A DNA stretch of 64,000 nucleotides from an uncultured Gemmatimonadales bacterium (GTDB lineage: Bacteria; Gemmatimonadota; Gemmatimonadetes; Gemmatimonadales; Gemmatimonadaceae). Below, one piece after another: positions 61,519 through 64,000 of this stretch. How positions within the stretch are numbered: position 1 is the first letter of the stretch; the number at the start of each line of letters is the position of its first letter. The notes under the pieces are model-generated. The model did not search any database and was not told where the DNA came from. It was given only the letters and a program-made list of their open reading frames with translations. The stretch is taken from positions 1,120,001-1,184,000 of the forward strand of contig CAWKMU010000003.1 of the NCBI GenBank assembly GCA_963850905.1, written 5' to 3'. The position numbers and the translations under genes are program-made.

Positions 61519-64000
61519 TCAATCACCGGCAGGGGCCGGCGTCGGAAGTGGCCCGGACACTTCGCTGGTGAGGCTGCGGCCAAGCCAGGCCTGGAGCTCG
61601 TCGAGGTAGGTGTAGAACACGGGGGTCATGTACAGCGTGACGACCTGTGAGATCGCCAGCCCGCCGACCACCACGATACCGAGGCCCTGGCGAGATGCGC
61701 CGGTTGCACCGAGGCCGATCGCGATGGGGAAACTGCCCATGATGGCAGCCGCCGTCGTCATCATGATCGGCCGGAAGCGAATGCTCGCTGCTTCGATGAT
61801 GGACTCGGACGCCGACTTGTGCGTGCTCCGCTCGGTCGCGATCGCGAAATCGATCATCATGATGGCGTTCTTCTTCACGATCCCGATCAGCATGATCATC
61901 CCGACGATATCCGTAGATGTCCAGCTGATTGTGCGTGACCAAGAGGGCGATGAGTGCGCCAACCGCCGCAAAGGGGATGCCGGAGAGGATGGTGATCGGA
62001 TGGATAAAGCTCTCGTACAGAGTCCCAAGGACGACGTAGATCACGAAGACGGAGAGGAGCAGCAGCACGACGAGCCCTTGCTGCGACGCCTGGAACGCAG
62101 CCGCCGTCCCCCCAAACGCCGAGCTGATGGTTGGCGAAAGGACCTGGCGAGCCTCGTTCTGCACGAGCGCAACCGCCTGACTCAACGCGACGTTGCCGGC
62201 GACGTTGAACGAGATCGTGACCGAGGGGAGCTGACCCGAGTGGTTGATGCTCAGTGGACCGACCGTTCGTTGCAGTCGCGCGATCGTGGAGAGCGGCACA
62301 AGCTGGTTCGTGGTCGGGGAGTGGATGTAGAGCTGATCGAGCGAATGCTCGTCACGCTCGTACTCGGGCATGGACTCCATGACGACCCAGTACTCGTTGG
62401 TCGGCGTGTAGATGGTCGACACCTGGCGCGAGCCATACGCGTCGTACAGCGTGTGCTCGAGTCTGGCTCGCCGTGATCCCGAGCTGGGTGGCGCGATCGC
62501 GGTCGATGAGCACCGTCACTTCAGGATTCTTGATCTGGAGGTCCGTCGTCACGCCCACGAGTTGATGGATCTTCTGCAGCCGCGCCTGCAGTGTCAGCGC
62601 GGCTTGATCGAGCGCAGCAAGGTCGGGGCCGAACAGCGAGAACTGATAGAGGCTTTTCGACTGTCGGCCACCAATGCGGATCGAGGGCGGGTTCTGAATG
62701 AACGTCGTGATGCCAGGAACGGTGTTCGCCTTGCGCATGAGCTCATTGGTGATCGCATCGGCGGCCACATGCCGATCGTTCGGGCCCTTCCCCAGCGGCT
62801 TGAGGATGACGAACACCCGTCCCTGATTGGCGGAGCCCTGCGAGCCAACCGAGGGCATGATCGATTGGACATTCGGATCTTTGAGAAGGATCGCGTCGAC
62901 CTTTTGTTGCAAAGGCAGAATCGCCTCGTATGAGATGCCCTCTGCGCCCTCAGTGGTTGCCATGAGCTGGCCGGTATCATCACTCGGCAGGAATCCCTTC
63001 GGGATCGCTCGGAAGAGCACCACCATGATGGCGAGCGTCGCGGCCGAGAGTCCAAGCATGAGGGGACGGTGGCGCATGACCCAGACGAGACTCCGCTCGT
63101 ACGCATGCAGTGCAGAGTTGAACGCCGTCTCCGACCAGTTGTAGAGGCGCCCATGCTTTTGCGTATGCACGGGACTCAGGAACCGGCTGCACAGCATTGG
63201 CGTGAGCGTCAACGACACACACCCGGACACCAGAATCGCCACGGCGATCGTCACACCGAACTCGTGGAACAACATCCCGATGAGGCCGCCCATGAACATG
63301 ATCGGGATGAACACCGCCGAGAGCGACGTGGTCATCGTCACGATGGTCGACCCCACCTCGGCGGCACCGTCCAGGGCGGCCTGCATGCGGGGTTTGCCCA
63401 TCTCCATGTGGCGCACGATGTTCTCGAGCACGACGATGGCATCATCGACGACGAAACCCACGGCGAGGGTGAGCGCCATGAGGGAGAGGCTGTCGATGCT
63501 GTAGTTGAGCAGATACATCACCGAGAACGTGCCGATGATGGACATCGGCAGCGCGAGGCTCGGGATGATCGTGGCCGACACGTTGCGTAGGAAGAAGAAA
63601 ATCACGAGCACGACGAGCACGAGCGCAACGACCAGCGTGAACTTGACGTCCGAGACGCCGCGCTCAATGGACTGCGCGCGATCGTACGGCACGATGAGCT
63701 TGGCGTCCGGCGGGATCTCTCCGCGGATCTCATCGAGAATCGTCTGGACGTCGCGCGTGACCTGGATCGTGTTGGTACCAGGCTGCCGCATGACGGCCAG
63801 CATGATCGCGCGCTGGTTGTTGTACCAGGCGGCGGTCCGGTTGTTTTGCACGTCGTCGGTGACGGTCGCGACATCGCGCAATAGCACCGGCGCACTGTTG
63901 TGGTACGCCACGACGATCTGCTGGAACTGGGCGGCGTTGAACAGGTTACCCGTCGCCTGGACCGTGATGGCTTGATTCGGGCCCCACATGACGCCGGTCG
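61519..64000 (-). CDS. RND efflux permease copy 3, 5' end outside window, at least two frameshifts
   Basis: ORFs 62352..63989, 61523..62422 and 61519..62028 are consecutive RND segments. Confidence 0.88.

Overview
GC-rich bacterial chromosomal window. The gene content (kinase-beta-propeller fusion, Asp-box/VPS10-like hydrolases, pilin-like domain) suggests Gemmatimonadota, which is an inference only. It carries about 40 housekeeping and accessory genes: a histidine kinase/sigma-54 activator/TPR-lipoprotein locus, an EF-G-like factor, a Ser/Thr kinase, peptidases, two tandem Asp-box hydrolases, a GH27/SSS sugar unit, a two-protease + LuxR operon, glutaminase, a desaturase, a DUF3302-HlyD-OMF exporter, tRNA-Phe, ClC-CBS/MarR, a radical SAM-HhH protein, an AhbAB-like protein, a PAS-GGDEF-EAL protein and three tandem RND permeases. 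No CRISPR array, integrase or transposase was seen. The most distinctive structure is intergenic: modular palindromes with interchangeable 7-bp tandem-repeat arms around a shared hairpin core, or around GTAG-type REP doublets. Also notable are a candidate sigma-54 promoter with twin palindromic enhancers, and a second small lipoprotein hidden by a frameshift. Many single-base frameshifts (especially 55-64 kb) look like consensus errors rather than true pseudogenes.
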